DNA of 64,000 bases from Vulcanimicrobiota bacterium. Its GTDB lineage: Bacteria; Vulcanimicrobiota; Vulcanimicrobiia; Vulcanimicrobiales; Vulcanimicrobiaceae. The notes below the pieces were generated by a model that worked only from the letters and a program-made list of their open reading frames with translations, was not told the origin of the DNA and did not search any database. The first letter of the stretch is position 1; each line of letters starts with the position of its first letter. The position numbers were made by a program, and so were the translations under genes. The stretch covers positions 930,225 through 994,224 of the forward strand of contig CAVVZF010000001.1 in the NCBI GenBank assembly GCA_963752825.1, given 5' to 3'. Below, piece by piece: positions 63,872 to 64,000 of this stretch.

Positions 63872-64000
63872 TTAGAATGCCCCGATGCCGTTTGGGGTTC
63901 CCCAGCCGGTGGGACCGGCGTAGGTCTTGTACTGACCGGTTCCCGCTACGCACAGGTAGCTGCCGGCGAGGCTCGGCGGGCAGTGGATGACGCCGCCCTC
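63872..64000 (-). CDS. C-terminal end of a third, more diverged S53-like paralog; the 5' end lies beyond the window
   Basis: My minus-strand translation ends ...AGSYLCVAGTGQYKTYAGPTGWGTPNGIGAF-stop, which parallels ...SGSYLCTAGTHQFKDYSGPGGWGSPKRLSTF of copy 1. Confidence 0.65.
   Translation of the reverse strand, partial: EGGVIHCPPSLAGSYLCVAGTGQYKTYAGPTGWGTPNGIGAF

Noticed and set aside
1-64000. Search for tRNA, rRNA, tmRNA, riboswitch-like leaders, integrases, transposases, toxin-antitoxin pairs and prophage genes.
   Set aside because: No spacer is long enough or has cloverleaf-like structure. No ORF shows integrase (R..H..R..Y), DDE transposase, or small paired TA-like architecture that I could recognise. 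Absence by eye is not proof; tRNAscan-SE, Infernal and ISfinder scans would settle it.

Overview
GC-rich (about two-thirds G+C by eye, not computed), gene-dense bacterial chromosomal segment. I call about 58 protein-coding genes across both strands, mostly separated by short spacers or overlapping by 1-11 nt. I see no rRNA, tRNA, CRISPR array, transposase, integrase or phage genes. Putative outer-membrane barrels (a TonB-dependent-receptor-like protein and a CBM9/DUF5916-like protein) and many lipoboxes suggest a diderm, probably an uncultured environmental lineage; I cannot assign taxonomy from sequence alone. Positions 1-35 kb are mostly housekeeping or miscellaneous enzymes: a CysK-like protein, 5'-3' exonuclease, GT39-like glycosyltransferase, an S53 peptidase, class C beta-lactamase, S12 serine hydrolase, penicillin/AHL-type acylase, flavin amine oxidase, aminotransferase, creatininase, MFS transporter and several VOC proteins. 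Two uncharacterised secreted lipoprotein families sit among them, next to HTH/helical-repeat regulators. Positions 35-64 kb are dominated by secreted or lipoprotein genes: a Kelch-like propeller, a cupredoxin, a GloVer-repeat protein, and a LuxR-type regulator followed by a six-gene operon. That operon holds a CarboxypepD_reg/TonB-dependent-like receptor plus five lipoproteins, including a PstS-type phosphate-binding protein and a DUF4397 protein. Downstream come three paralogous beta-propeller-like lipoproteins, three PLC/AcpA-family phosphoesterases and a tandem triplet of prodomain-less S53 peptidase lipoproteins. The best candidate for an undescribed system is this receptor + lipoprotein + PstS-like operon together with the phosphoesterase triplet, which I read as a cell-surface phosphate or organophosphate scavenging locus. 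A second candidate is the recurring pairing of uncharacterised propeller lipoproteins with cytoplasmic HTH/TPR regulators. Other oddities are a conserved CysK homolog whose PLP-binding lysine is replaced by Glu, a frame-disrupted membrane-protein gene, a PQQ-repeat gene relic, and four convergent gene pairs sharing overlapping stop codons. All family assignments come from motif recognition by eye; no database search was run. Many long ORFs in the track are antisense or off-frame artefacts of the high GC content and were rejected.
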